Assembly: GCA_040752695.1 (NCBI GenBank)
Contig: JBFMGO010000014.1
Span: forward strand, 13,673-77,672
Direction of reading: 5' to 3'
Origin: a bacterium
GTDB taxonomy: Bacteria; SZUA-182; DTGQ01
Length of the DNA stretch: 64,000 bases
The position numbers were made by a program, and so were the translations under genes. Shown here piece by piece: positions 9,646 through 18,896 of the stretch (positions are counted from its first letter, which is position 1; each line of letters starts with the position of its first letter). The notes under the pieces are model-generated. The model did no database searches. It was given only the letters and a program-made list of their open reading frames with translations, and was not told where the DNA came from.

Positions 9646-10523
9646 GATTTGATGGCGGTATTGATGATGGCGCATTTCCCGGTGATAATAGATGCTCGCC
9701 TGATAATGGCTCGATACCCAGGGATAGCGGCCGCTCAGTTGATGATGGCTCATCTCCCAACCATGGTAGCCACTCGCTCTCAGGCGCGATCCTGAAGGCG
9801 CAGGAGCGGGGCGAGGCAGCGGTGATTGTCGATATCAAGCCGGTTTCTCCCCGGGACGGCGACCTGATAGGAAACCGTGATCCGGCGGAGCTGGCCAGGT
9901 CACTGGAGAGAGCCGGTGCATGCGCCTTATCGGTGGTGACAGAACCCCGGCATTTTGGCGGCAGCATCAGGACGCTGGCCGAGGTTGTCCGGGCGGTTTC
10001 TTTGCCTGTTCTCAGAAAGGATTTCATCTCCGGTCTCGATCAGATCGATGAGTCTCGAAAAGCAGGCGCATCCAGTGTGCTGCTCATTCTGGCCACTATT
10101 CCCGCAAGCTTAGTGTCTCCTTTGTATCAGCGCTGCCGCGAACTGGGTCTGGAGGCGGTAGTCGAGATACACAACCGGACGGAGTTCGATCGGGCGATGG
10201 CCTTGTCTCCCGCCCCCGCCATTATCGGCATCAATAACCGGGATATCCTGAACCTTGAGAAAGATGGCGGCAGCGTGCTCCTGACCGAGGAACTGGCCCC
10301 ATTAGTCCCCGACTCGGTGGTAGTAATTTCGGAAAGTTCCCTGACTACACCTGACGATATAGCTCGCGCCATCAGAGCGGGCGCGGACGCCGTGCTGATA
10401 GGCACTGCCATTTTGAAATCGGACGATCCAACTGCACGCCTTGCGGTACTCAGTCAGGCTGCGAGGATGGCCTGCAGGGAGAATAATCCATTGACCAGAT
10501 TGCCCGGTGTCGGAAGACCATGA
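9627..10523 (+). CDS. trpC: Indole-3-glycerol-phosphate synthase-like protein (divergent TrpC homolog)
   Basis: DIKPVSP, LSVVTEPRHFGGS, VLRKDF, VVEIH, GINNRD, ISESS, LIGTAI; GTG start after GGAG; low-complexity N-terminal 50 aa. Confidence 0.8.
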   Translation: MVGFSLGFDGGIDDGAFPGDNRCSPDNGSIPRDSGRSVDDGSSPNHGSHSLSGAILKAQERGEAAVIVDIKPVSPRDGDLIGNRDPAELARSLERAGACALSVVTEPRHFGGSIRTLAEVVRAVSLPVLRKDFISGLDQIDESRKAGASSVLLILATIPASLVSPLYQRCRELGLEAVVEIHNRTEFDRAMALSPAPAIIGINNRDILNLEKDGGSVLLTEELAPLVPDSVVVISESSLTTPDDIARAIRAGADAVLIGTAILKSDDPTARLAVLSQAARMACRENNPLTRLPGVGRP

Positions 10524-11212
10524 CCAGAGTCAAGATATGCGGTCTCATGAGCCGCACCGATATCGATATGGCTGTTGCTGCCGGAGCTGATTCCTTAGGA
10601 TTCGTGACCGAATATCCGATTTCTGTACCGTGGAACATCACCCGCCAAAAGTCTGCCGAACTGGTGGCGCAGAGCCCGCCCTTTGTGACCACTACTGCGG
10701 TCGTGGGTGGTGAAGTGGCGCAGATGGTGGGCATAGCCCAGGCGGTCAGGCCGCATTTTTTGCAGCTTCATGGCGATGAAACCCTGGAGGAGATCCAGGC
10801 TGTCTGTGATGCGCTTACTGGTACCGGCATCAAGGTGTTGAAGGCGCTTCGGATCGACGTGCAGACGGGAAAAGCGCAGTTTTCCATTCAGGACCCGGTT
10901 GAAGCCTGCCGCGTTCTGGCCCGGTCCGGCCTGGCCGGACTGGTTATCGATTCCAAGACCGCAAGCCGCCCCGCTGGCACGGGTGTTGCACTGGACTGGC
11001 GTATGGTCAAAACGGTGTCAGACAGTATCCTCCTGCCCCTCATCCTGGCCGGCGGGCTGACTGCACGCAATGTCGGTCAGGCCATTGCTCTGGTGCGGCC
11101 CTATGCCGTGGACGTAATCAGCAGCGTGGAAAGGGAGCCAGGCGTGAAAGACGAACAACTGATCAATGAGTTTGTCAAGGCTGCAAAAGCAGCCTTGCTC
11201 CCTGCAAATTGA
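10520..11212 (+). CDS. trpF: Phosphoribosylanthranilate isomerase-like protein
   Basis: VKICG, LQLHGDE, VIDSK...GTG, ILAGGL, AVDVISSVE. Confidence 0.85.
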   Translation: MTRVKICGLMSRTDIDMAVAAGADSLGFVTEYPISVPWNITRQKSAELVAQSPPFVTTTAVVGGEVAQMVGIAQAVRPHFLQLHGDETLEEIQAVCDALTGTGIKVLKALRIDVQTGKAQFSIQDPVEACRVLARSGLAGLVIDSKTASRPAGTGVALDWRMVKTVSDSILLPLILAGGLTARNVGQAIALVRPYAVDVISSVEREPGVKDEQLINEFVKAAKAALLPAN

Positions 11213-11265
11213 TAAGCTGTTAAGCTGAGCGGGCTTTCTATCACTATAAACTTTAGGATAGTTCC

Positions 11266-11994
11266 ATGAAAAGACCGTATACATTTATGCTGGTGGCTGT
11301 CAGCCTGGACGGTAAAATATCTCCCAGGCGGCGTCCGGGACAGCCCAACCCGATTGGCCCATCCCTCATCGATGCGGATATCATGAAACTGCATAATTCC
11401 CAGCGCGCGAATGCAGATGGCATTATGGTGGGCCTCAACTGCATCCTTTTGGACGATTCGCGCCTGACCCTGCGTGAGGGCCGTCCGGGGCACCAGCTTA
11501 CGCGCATCGTGCTGGATGGATTGGCCGAAGTCCCTCCGACGGCAAAAGTGCTGAATAGGGATGCACCCACGATTATGGCTGTAACAGAGGATGCACCCAT
11601 CGAGCGGGTCCGGGCCTTCCAAGATGCCGGAGCTCAGATTGTGACTGCCGGACACGGCAAATATGTGGATCTTGTACTGCTCATGAATGCCTTATACGAG
11701 CAATTCGGAATCAGGCGGCTTTTAGTTGAGGGTGGCGGAACGGTGCACCAGTCGATGATCAGCGCCGGCCTTTACGATGAGATTCATCTGATCATCTGCC
11801 CCTTTGTCATTGGCGGCTCCGCATCCATCACACCTGTGGAAAGAAGCTCTTTTTGGCCAAAGGAAAAGGTACCGACCTTTCAACTGGTGAAGGTCGATGT
11901 CCTCGGTGATTATCTCTCTGTAATCTACAAACCAGGTCCGGATACTTCCTGTACGTTATCGGCCACTGCTGAATGTGAGTTACCGGCTACCTAA
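11266..11994 (+). CDS. RibD C-terminal-domain reductase (Rib7/ArfC-like), stand-alone
   Basis: SLDGKI, DGIMVG, RIVLD, LLVEGGG, GLYDEIHL..CP..IGG; no deaminase domain. Confidence 0.85.
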   Translation: MKRPYTFMLVAVSLDGKISPRRRPGQPNPIGPSLIDADIMKLHNSQRANADGIMVGLNCILLDDSRLTLREGRPGHQLTRIVLDGLAEVPPTAKVLNRDAPTIMAVTEDAPIERVRAFQDAGAQIVTAGHGKYVDLVLLMNALYEQFGIRRLLVEGGGTVHQSMISAGLYDEIHLIICPFVIGGSASITPVERSSFWPKEKVPTFQLVKVDVLGDYLSVIYKPGPDTSCTLSATAECELPAT

Positions 11995-12075
11995 ATGAAT
12001 ACCTTTGACTGAAGGATTTCAATTGAAGGACCGAATGACTTCAAATGAAGGATTAGAATGAAGGAGTAAACGGGT

Positions 12076-13191
12076 ATGGAGACAAAAGAGGATCGTTGGA
12101 GAAAGTTTGGTGCCATTGTTGTCCGTCTAACGCGTGGTGAAAATATTACCAGGGAGGAAGCGCGGGAGTGCTGGAGGCAAATCTGCGAGGAGGAGCAGAG
12201 CGATCTGCAGCAGGGCGGTTTTATCGGTGCGCTCAAGTCCAAGCCTGAGACACCCGAAGAGGTGGCCGGAACCTTTGAGGCCCTCTACGAGCACGATACT
12301 CTGAAGGTGCAGGTAAATACGCCTGAGCCCCTGATCGATAACTGCGGCACAGGCGCTGATACCCTGAAAACAATGAACATCAGTACGGGAGCTGCCATTG
12401 TTTCATCCTCCCTTGGCCTGTATGTGGTCCGGCACGCTGCACGGGCGATTTCATCCAACTGTGGGGCCATCGATGTCATAGAGGCACTTGGCGTGAACGT
12501 GGAATCAACTCCCGATATCCCGAAAAAGAGCATCGAAAACGCAGGCATCTGCGCCTGGAATGCCTTTTTACCCACGGTGCACCCAAAGACCCTGGCCAGG
12601 GTTTTGTCACAGATCCGGTTTGGTTCTGCCATTAACCTGGTGGGGCCGCTCCTGAATCCCACCATGCCGACCTTTAAAGTTATGGGTGTACCGACCCTGG
12701 AAATGATCGAGATCGAGATCAAGACCCTGCGGGAGCTGGGTTTCAGGCGGGCATTCGTCATGCACGGGCTGGACGATGAGTCCGGAAAAGGCATGGACGA
12801 GTTATCTACTCTTGGAACCACTCACGTGGCCGAGTTGTCCGAGGATGGATCGATCGAGAATTACACCCTGACTCCCGAAGATTTCGATCTGAAGAGGGCG
12901 AGGTTTGAGGACGTGGCTTCAAGCCGTGACGTACAAAAAGACGCTCTGGCTCTGCTCCGGGTGCTGGCAGGCAAAGACACGGGACCCCGGCTTGATATCG
13001 TCTGTCTGAATGCAGCTCCGCTGCTTTACATCACAGACAAGGCCAAGGATCTGAAAACGGGCCTCACGATGGCCAGGGAAGCGGTGGCAGATGGTCGCGC
13101 CCTGAACAAACTGCGCGATTGGGTCACCTGGCAGAACGAAAAGCCGGAGGATGGCCTTCCGAAACTGGAAGAGATGATCAGCAGGCTTTGA
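12076..13191 (+). CDS. trpD: Anthranilate phosphoribosyltransferase-like protein (divergent TrpD homolog)
   Basis: DNCGTGAD, NIST, GPLLNP, GMDE, LNAA; atypical RHAAR in place of KHGNR. Confidence 0.8.
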   Translation: METKEDRWRKFGAIVVRLTRGENITREEARECWRQICEEEQSDLQQGGFIGALKSKPETPEEVAGTFEALYEHDTLKVQVNTPEPLIDNCGTGADTLKTMNISTGAAIVSSSLGLYVVRHAARAISSNCGAIDVIEALGVNVESTPDIPKKSIENAGICAWNAFLPTVHPKTLARVLSQIRFGSAINLVGPLLNPTMPTFKVMGVPTLEMIEIEIKTLRELGFRRAFVMHGLDDESGKGMDELSTLGTTHVAELSEDGSIENYTLTPEDFDLKRARFEDVASSRDVQKDALALLRVLAGKDTGPRLDIVCLNAAPLLYITDKAKDLKTGLTMAREAVADGRALNKLRDWVTWQNEKPEDGLPKLEEMISRL

Positions 13192-13268
13192 TCCGGAGGA
13201 CAAACGGATCATTGATGCCAAACGGGTAATATCGAAGGTAAGCAGGTAACGAGGGTAAGCAGGTAACC

Positions 13269-15482
13269 ATGCAGATAAGATATTCCAGTTGCTATTTTTG
13301 TACAAGTAAAGGCTGTGCCATGAAGGTCTATGTCGAGGGTGACCGGATAAAGAGAGTAGCTGTCGATACCAAGGCCCCGGTTACACCCAAGGCATTTTGT
13401 GTACGGCCGACCCTGGCCAAAGAGTATCAGGAGCATCCTTTCCGGTTGCACTATCCCTTGAAGCGCAGGGCAGAGCGCGGCGCAGATCAGTGGGAGCAGA
13501 TATCATGGGACCAGGCCCTCGACGAGATAGCGGAAAAACTGCAAAATCTTCGCAATCGCCATGGCGCTGAAACTCTGGCCACCAGTTCGGGCACGGGCCG
13601 TGGTGCGTGGGATTTTGCCAAAGGCCGTTTTATGAACCTGTTCGGCAGCCCTAACCGCTTCGGTGCGGTCACGATCTGCTATGGCCCCCGCAGCATGGTC
13701 TGGTTCACTACGTTTGGCGGGTCGGTCGTGTCAGATCAAAAGCCTGGCAAGACGCGGATGATGGTGCTCTGGGGCCGCAATCCCCACGAGGGTGGGCCAT
13801 CGTCGTGGCACAGCTTTAAAAAGGCAGGTCAGGCAGGCGCGTTGACCATGGTCGTCGATCCCCGGTGCACCGAAGCGAGCCGCACGGCAGACTGCTGGGT
13901 GCAGCTTAAGCCGGGCACGGATGCGGCCCTTGCCCTTGGCCTTATGCATATCATCATTGAAGAGGGGCTCTACGACCGGGAGTTTGTCGAAAACCATACC
14001 TTCGGATTCCCTCAGCTCAAAGAAAGGATTAAGGAATATCCGCCGGAAAAGGCAGCCCGGATCACGGGTCTTTCCGAATACAAGATACGCGAGACAGCCA
14101 GGTTTTTTGCGGCGAATCAGCCATCGACCATGGTCATCGGCGTGGCGGCAGAGCACAGCTCTCCAAACAGCATCCAGGCGATTCGCGCCATCAATATTCT
14201 TTTCGCTCTATGCGGCAGTATTGACAAAGCAGGCGGCAGCCTGATCGCAGGCCCGTGCTCAGGATTCATACCGGATGCTGCCATGGAGCTGAATCATATG
14301 CTGACTCCTGAACAGCGAAAGAAACAGATCGGCAGCGACCGCTTCCGTTACCTGAGTTATCCCGGATGGGAACTGGTCGAAGAGCAACTTCGCAAAAAAT
14401 GGGGCGACCGCCATCCCGCCGCTGTCTATCTGAACTGCCTGGCCCATGCACCCAGCGTCTTCCGGGCTATGCTGACCGAAAAGCCCTATCCGGTAAAAGC
14501 CCTGATTGTCTCCGCCAGTAACCCCCTTCTCTCCTATGCCAATACCAGGCTCGTCTATCAGGCGCTCAAGGCCACAGAGCTTCTTTTGACCTTTGACATT
14601 ACCTGGACGCCTACGGCTCGTATCTCAGACTACGTGCTGCCTGCCGCCTGCTGGATGGAGCGGCCCGACATGGGCAACTTCGCTTCAGTGGGTGCATATC
14701 CCCTGGTTCAGATCGGCGAGGCAGCCCTCCCAAGCCGTGTTCCGGGCAAGTACGAGCGGTTGAACGACTATGAATTCTGGCGGGAACTTGGCCTTCGACT
14801 GGGACAGAGCGAGTACTGGCCATGGAAAACTTTCGAGGAGGTATGGGAATACAGGCTGCGTGAAATAATGGATAGACGAGGTGTCGAGACGCTCCCGGAA
14901 TTTATTCGTCAGCAGCGCTGGGAGATCGATCCCCCAAAAGCCGGCCTGTGCAGTCAGGGGCCGCTGGCGACTCCATCAGGTAAAGTGGAACTTTATTCTA
15001 CCATTTTCGAGAAGCTGGGTTACGATCCGCTGCCCGGTTATCTGGAGCCGGTCGAGCCTGAGGATATTGTGCGCAAATATCCTCTTTTGAATATCAGCGG
15101 CTGTCGCGTCATGCCGTATCACCACAGCGAGTTTCGCCACGTCAAGGGCTTTCGCCAGCGCCAGCCTGACCCAATCGTCGAAATCCACGTGGACCTTGCC
15201 CGGCGCAAAGGCATTGCTGACGGTGACTGGGTTTGGATCGAATCACCGATCGGACGGGTAAAGCAGCGTGCACGTCTGACGACTTCATTCGCCCCTGAGT
15301 ATATCGTTACTCAGCACTCCTGGTGGTTTCCGGAAATGGCCGGTGAAGAACCATTCGTGCACGGGCTCTGGGAGTCGAACATCAATGTCATCACGGACGA
15401 TGACCCTGCCAAGTGCGACCCCATCTCCGGTGGCTGGCCATTCAAGGGCCAGTACCTCCGCTGCCGCATCGAGAAGGTATGA
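13269..15482 (+). CDS. Molybdopterin (bis-MGD) oxidoreductase, acetylene-hydratase-like family, cytoplasmic
   Basis: CYFCTSKGC..C Fe-S motif; ISWDQALDEIAEKL, RFMNLFGSPN, TICYG, PGTDAAL, DYVLP, TPSGKVELYS; no Tat signal. Confidence 0.9.
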   Translation: MQIRYSSCYFCTSKGCAMKVYVEGDRIKRVAVDTKAPVTPKAFCVRPTLAKEYQEHPFRLHYPLKRRAERGADQWEQISWDQALDEIAEKLQNLRNRHGAETLATSSGTGRGAWDFAKGRFMNLFGSPNRFGAVTICYGPRSMVWFTTFGGSVVSDQKPGKTRMMVLWGRNPHEGGPSSWHSFKKAGQAGALTMVVDPRCTEASRTADCWVQLKPGTDAALALGLMHIIIEEGLYDREFVENHTFGFPQLKERIKEYPPEKAARITGLSEYKIRETARFFAANQPSTMVIGVAAEHSSPNSIQAIRAINILFALCGSIDKAGGSLIAGPCSGFIPDAAMELNHMLTPEQRKKQIGSDRFRYLSYPGWELVEEQLRKKWGDRHPAAVYLNCLAHAPSVFRAMLTEKPYPVKALIVSASNPLLSYANTRLVYQALKATELLLTFDITWTPTARISDYVLPAACWMERPDMGNFASVGAYPLVQIGEAALPSRVPGKYERLNDYEFWRELGLRLGQSEYWPWKTFEEVWEYRLREIMDRRGVETLPEFIRQQRWEIDPPKAGLCSQGPLATPSGKVELYSTIFEKLGYDPLPGYLEPVEPEDIVRKYPLLNISGCRVMPYHHSEFRHVKGFRQRQPDPIVEIHVDLARRKGIADGDWVWIESPIGRVKQRARLTTSFAPEYIVTQHSWWFPEMAGEEPFVHGLWESNINVITDDDPAKCDPISGGWPFKGQYLRCRIEKV
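15140..15480 (+). repeat. 341-bp direct repeat, copy 1 (3' end of the Mo-enzyme gene)
   Basis: Identical on visual comparison to 16446..16786 (offset 1306). Confidence 0.93.
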
Positions 15483-15578
15483 GGTGCTGCCTATTCTCTC
15501 TGAATAGAGCAGGGGCTCCGGCAGTGATCAATGATCCGGTCTGCTTTTTTGAATTTCACAAATGAGAGGAAGATATTT

Positions 15579-16001
15579 CTAGAAGGGGACAATTACCTTA
15601 ATGCCTGGGATCTTCTCAAAATCTTTCCTGTTTTCTGTAATAATTTCGCTCAGACCATTTTCCTTCATACAGGCCACAATCAGTGCATCCCATAAATGAA
15701 TTCCATATTCGGCAACGTAGTCCAGAGCACTCAAAAAGGTATCAACATCTCTATCGATAATCCTCCAGCTTTCTGATTTTAAAAAATCTTCCACGATAGA
15801 TTTTGCCACTGATATATCGACAGGGTTTTCGACTTTTCTGGTGATAACAGCGAAGAACTCCATAAGGTTTTGCAGGCAGACAGCACCTCCGCCCTCCTTC
15901 CAGTTTTGCTTGAGAATATCTCTTGAAACCTCATGCCTCTTTCCTTCAGAAGTATCGTAAGCATACACGAGGATGTTTGTGTCGATAAGCTTATCTGGCA
16001 T
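15579..16001 (-). CDS. vapC: PIN-domain (VapC-family) toxin
   Basis: LIDTNILVYA, LMEF, LWDALI, ITENRKDF. Confidence 0.92.
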   Translation of the reverse strand: MPDKLIDTNILVYAYDTSEGKRHEVSRDILKQNWKEGGGAVCLQNLMEFFAVITRKVENPVDISVAKSIVEDFLKSESWRIIDRDVDTFLSALDYVAEYGIHLWDALIVACMKENGLSEIITENRKDFEKIPGIKVIVPF

Positions 16002-16206
16002 ATAAGTCTTCGCGTCTTGAGTAGAGTTTTTTACCTAAAGAAAAACCTTCATCCAGAAGTTTTAATTGTCTTTCTTTTATTTCATCTTGCTCCTTTTTAT
16101 TCATAACCTTTAGAGTAACGACCGCTTGTGTCCCGGCAGGAAAACCTGTTTCTTTATCGAGACGGACGATATTGCCTTCAATCACTCCTTTATAAACCTT
16201 TTTCAA
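15991..16206 (-). CDS. Cognate antitoxin (DUF104/VapB-like); TTG start at 16206 preferred, ORF open to 16257
   Basis: KGVIEGNIVRL N-terminus and RREDLYAR C-terminus; overlaps the PIN gene start. Confidence 0.7.
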   Translation of the reverse strand: MKKVYKGVIEGNIVRLDKETGFPAGTQAVVTLKVMNKKEQDEIKERQLKLLDEGFSLGKKLYSRREDLYAR

Positions 16207-16430
16207 AGACTTCACCTCCTCTACAGGCAAGAAGATCACCGCTTCAAAATTTACCATATTGGATTATCCTATTTATAGAATATACTATTTCCTCTGGGAG
16301 CTGTAAAGGAATTTCATGCTGGCCAATCGCAGGTAAATCACACAAGGCCAATTGGTAAAAGTATAGATCTGGCTGCCCTGCAACTTCACGGTTTTTCCTC
16401 TTGCTTTTTCTTTTCCATCGGGTCATCTGA

Positions 16431-16791
16431 AGCGAGTTTCGCAATCGTCAAGGGCTTTCGCCAGCGCCAGCCTGACCCAATCGTCGAAATCCACGTGGAC
16501 CTTGCCCGGCGCAAAGGCATTGCTGACGGTGACTGGGTTTGGATCGAATCACCGATCGGACGGGTAAAGCAGCGTGCACGTCTGACGACTTCATTCGCCC
16601 CTGAGTATATCGTTACTCAGCACTCCTGGTGGTTTCCGGAAATGGCCGGTGAAGAACCATTCGTGCACGGGCTCTGGGAGTCGAACATCAATGTCATCAC
16701 GGACGATGACCCTGCCAAGTGCGACCCCATCTCCGGTGGCTGGCCATTCAAGGGCCAGTACCTCCGCTGCCGCATCGAGAAGGTATACTGA
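16431..16791 (+). pseudogene. Duplicated 3' fragment of the Mo-enzyme gene (repeat copy 2, 16446..16786)
   Basis: Exact copy of the C-terminal ~113 codons without a real start; small indel at the 5' junction. Confidence 0.88.
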
Positions 16792-16838
16792 ATAAAACAC
16801 GTAAGTCTCATTTCCGAGAAAGTTCTCCTTCGAAAAGA

Positions 16839-16888
16839 TTGACTTCAGCCGATTAGACAGCTATGATATTAATAGCTCATATGGGCTA
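16839..16888 (+). promoter_or_regulatory. Sigma-70 promoter plus palindromic operator of the DinJ-YafQ-like TA pair
   Basis: TTGACT-17 bp-TATGAT; near-palindrome TAGCTCAT/ATGGGCTA at 16873-16888. Confidence 0.6.
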
Positions 16889-16931
16889 CTATTATCATAG
16901 CTATTCTATAAGAGATAGGAGAATTGGGCCA

Positions 16932-17192
16932 ATGAGTAAAACATCAACAGTGAGAGCCAGAATTGAGCCTGGCTTAAAAAAAGAAGTGGAAGATCTTTTT
17001 CATAAATTGGGATTATCGACCACAGAAGCAATTAATATTTTTTACTGCCAGGTAAAAATGAGGCAGGGATTACCATTCCCTGTTGCCCTTCCTAATGAGG
17101 AAACAAAAAGAATATTTGAAGATACTGATAAAGATCAAAACGTTATTCATTGTTCAGATGTAGATGAATTGTTTAAGAAGCTCAAAATATAA
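16932..17192 (+). CDS. dinJ: RelB/DinJ-family antitoxin
   Basis: VRARIEPGLK, LGLSTTEAINIF, GLPF, PNEET; AGGAG RBS before ATG 16932. Confidence 0.9.
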   Translation: MSKTSTVRARIEPGLKKEVEDLFHKLGLSTTEAINIFYCQVKMRQGLPFPVALPNEETKRIFEDTDKDQNVIHCSDVDELFKKLKI

Positions 17193-17461
17193 TGTTGAAA
17201 CCCGGCTATACCAAACAGTTTCAAAAAGATTTGAAAAGGATGGAAGGGCAGGGAAAGAATATCGAAAAGTTAAAATCTATTATTATCCAACTTGTTAATC
17301 AAAAACCGCTCAATGAAGGACACAGAGATCATAAGCTTATTGGTAATTATAGAGATAGACGCGAATGCCATATCGAATCTGATTGGCTGCTTATTTATAA
17401 GACAACAGAGGAAGAGATTATTTTTGAAAGGACCGGATCACATTCTGATCTTTTCAAGTAA
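17192..17461 (+). CDS. yafQ: YafQ-family (RelE superfamily) mRNA interferase toxin
   Basis: QFQKDLK, RDHKLIG, RECHIESDWLLIY, RTGSHSDLF. Confidence 0.93.
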   Translation: MLKPGYTKQFQKDLKRMEGQGKNIEKLKSIIIQLVNQKPLNEGHRDHKLIGNYRDRRECHIESDWLLIYKTTEEEIIFERTGSHSDLFK

Positions 17462-17501
17462 TTTTGACGGTGTTCCTTTCCAGTAATACTGTAGAGTAAA
17501 G

Positions 17502-18896
17502 ATGCTTATGAGCGAGATGCTTATGAATGACAGCCTTGACAGCCTGCCCATAGGATGGAGTCTGGAATCATCGGGAGAAGGGCTCGGCAGAGTGCTTCGC
17601 TACCGTTGGGTCATCTTCTCCATTCTGGCTTTCAGTTATATCCTTGTTTACTTTCACCGGCTGTGCCCGGCTGTGGTTGCCGGAGACATGATGCGGGACC
17701 TTCACGCCACCGGCGTTTTGCTGGGACTGCTTGGCTCTGCCTACTATTACCCTTACGCCCTGATGCAGCTTCCCGCCGGGCTTCTTGCAGATTCATGGGG
17801 ACCGCGCAAGACCATTACCACCTTCTTTGCGGTCGCCTGTGCGGGTTCGCTTATCCTGGGCTGGGCGCCGTCGCTTTCCTGGGCGATTTTCGGACGGACC
17901 CTGGTCGGGATCGGGGTATCGATGCTGTTTGTCCCTACCATGAAGATTCTGGCCGAGTGGTTCGACAGGCAGGAATTCGCCAGCATGGCTGGAATCCTGA
18001 TCGCCATGGGGGGCGTCGGATCAATTACCGCTACTTCGCCGCTGGCCTACATGAGCAGGGCAGTAGGATGGCGACTGTCGTTCACCATTGTGGGTATCAT
18101 CACCCTGATCCTGGGCATTTTACTCTGGCTCATGGTGAGGGACAGGCCCCAGGACATGGGCTGGCCATCCCCCCTGGAGAACGGCGCTGATGATGAGCGG
18201 CCAGCCGGCATCGGGCTGTTCGAGGGAGTAAAAAACGTGCTTTCGTATGGCCCTTTCTGGCCTCTGGCTATCTGGTTCTTTTTCGGCTGCGCCGTATTTT
18301 TCTCCTTTATCGGCTTATGGGGAGGCCCTTACCTTATGCAGGTCTATGGCCTGAGCAAGCCCCAGGCAGGCAATATCCTGATGATGTCGGCCTTCGGGAT
18401 GGTGGTCGGGAGCCCTATTTTGAGCTTTCTCTCAAACCGGGTGTGCAAAGGCAGAAAGCCGCTTTTGATGATCTCAAGTTTCATGACGGTCCTCATCACC
18501 GCTGCCTTGACTTTTCTCACTGACAGGCTGCCCATTCCCGGCCTTTACCTGCTCTGCTTTTTCACGGGTGTGTTCGTCAATGCCATCGTGGTGATCGGCT
18601 TCACAGCGACTAAAGAGCTTTTTCCCGTCAGCATTGCCGGGACATCCACAGGACTGGCCAATTTTTTCCCCTTCCTGGGAGGTGCCCTTCTTCAGCCCTT
18701 CATGGGATATCTGCTCGAGCGGTATGGAAAGGCCGGTGAATCCTTCACCGCAGCCGGTTACAGCCGTGCCTTCATGGCCATGTTCGTCTGTGCAATAATC
18801 ACCTTTGCGGCCAGCATCTTCATCAAAGAAACCCTCATCAGGGAACCTCTCATCTCAGGGAACCTCAAAGAGGGCTTGAGAAGGAAGGGTGAGTAA
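17502..18896 (+). CDS. MFS transporter (sugar-phosphate-permease-like group)
   Basis: About 12 TM helices; motif A GLLADSWGPRK; YFHR in TM1. Confidence 0.9.
   Translation: MLMSEMLMNDSLDSLPIGWSLESSGEGLGRVLRYRWVIFSILAFSYILVYFHRLCPAVVAGDMMRDLHATGVLLGLLGSAYYYPYALMQLPAGLLADSWGPRKTITTFFAVACAGSLILGWAPSLSWAIFGRTLVGIGVSMLFVPTMKILAEWFDRQEFASMAGILIAMGGVGSITATSPLAYMSRAVGWRLSFTIVGIITLILGILLWLMVRDRPQDMGWPSPLENGADDERPAGIGLFEGVKNVLSYGPFWPLAIWFFFGCAVFFSFIGLWGGPYLMQVYGLSKPQAGNILMMSAFGMVVGSPILSFLSNRVCKGRKPLLMISSFMTVLITAALTFLTDRLPIPGLYLLCFFTGVFVNAIVVIGFTATKELFPVSIAGTSTGLANFFPFLGGALLQPFMGYLLERYGKAGESFTAAGYSRAFMAMFVCAIITFAASIFIKETLIREPLISGNLKEGLRRKGE

Noticed and set aside
9627..13191. Ordinary tryptophan operon
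   Set aside because: No trpE/G/A/B, unusual order, interspersed reductase and altered substrate motifs; a role in Trp synthesis is not excluded but cannot be assumed
13269..15482. True acetylene hydratase
   Set aside because: The position of the catalytic Asp after the second Cys is Thr
16495..16791. Independent 98-aa gene
   Set aside because: Exact duplicate of the upstream gene's 3' end, with no RBS
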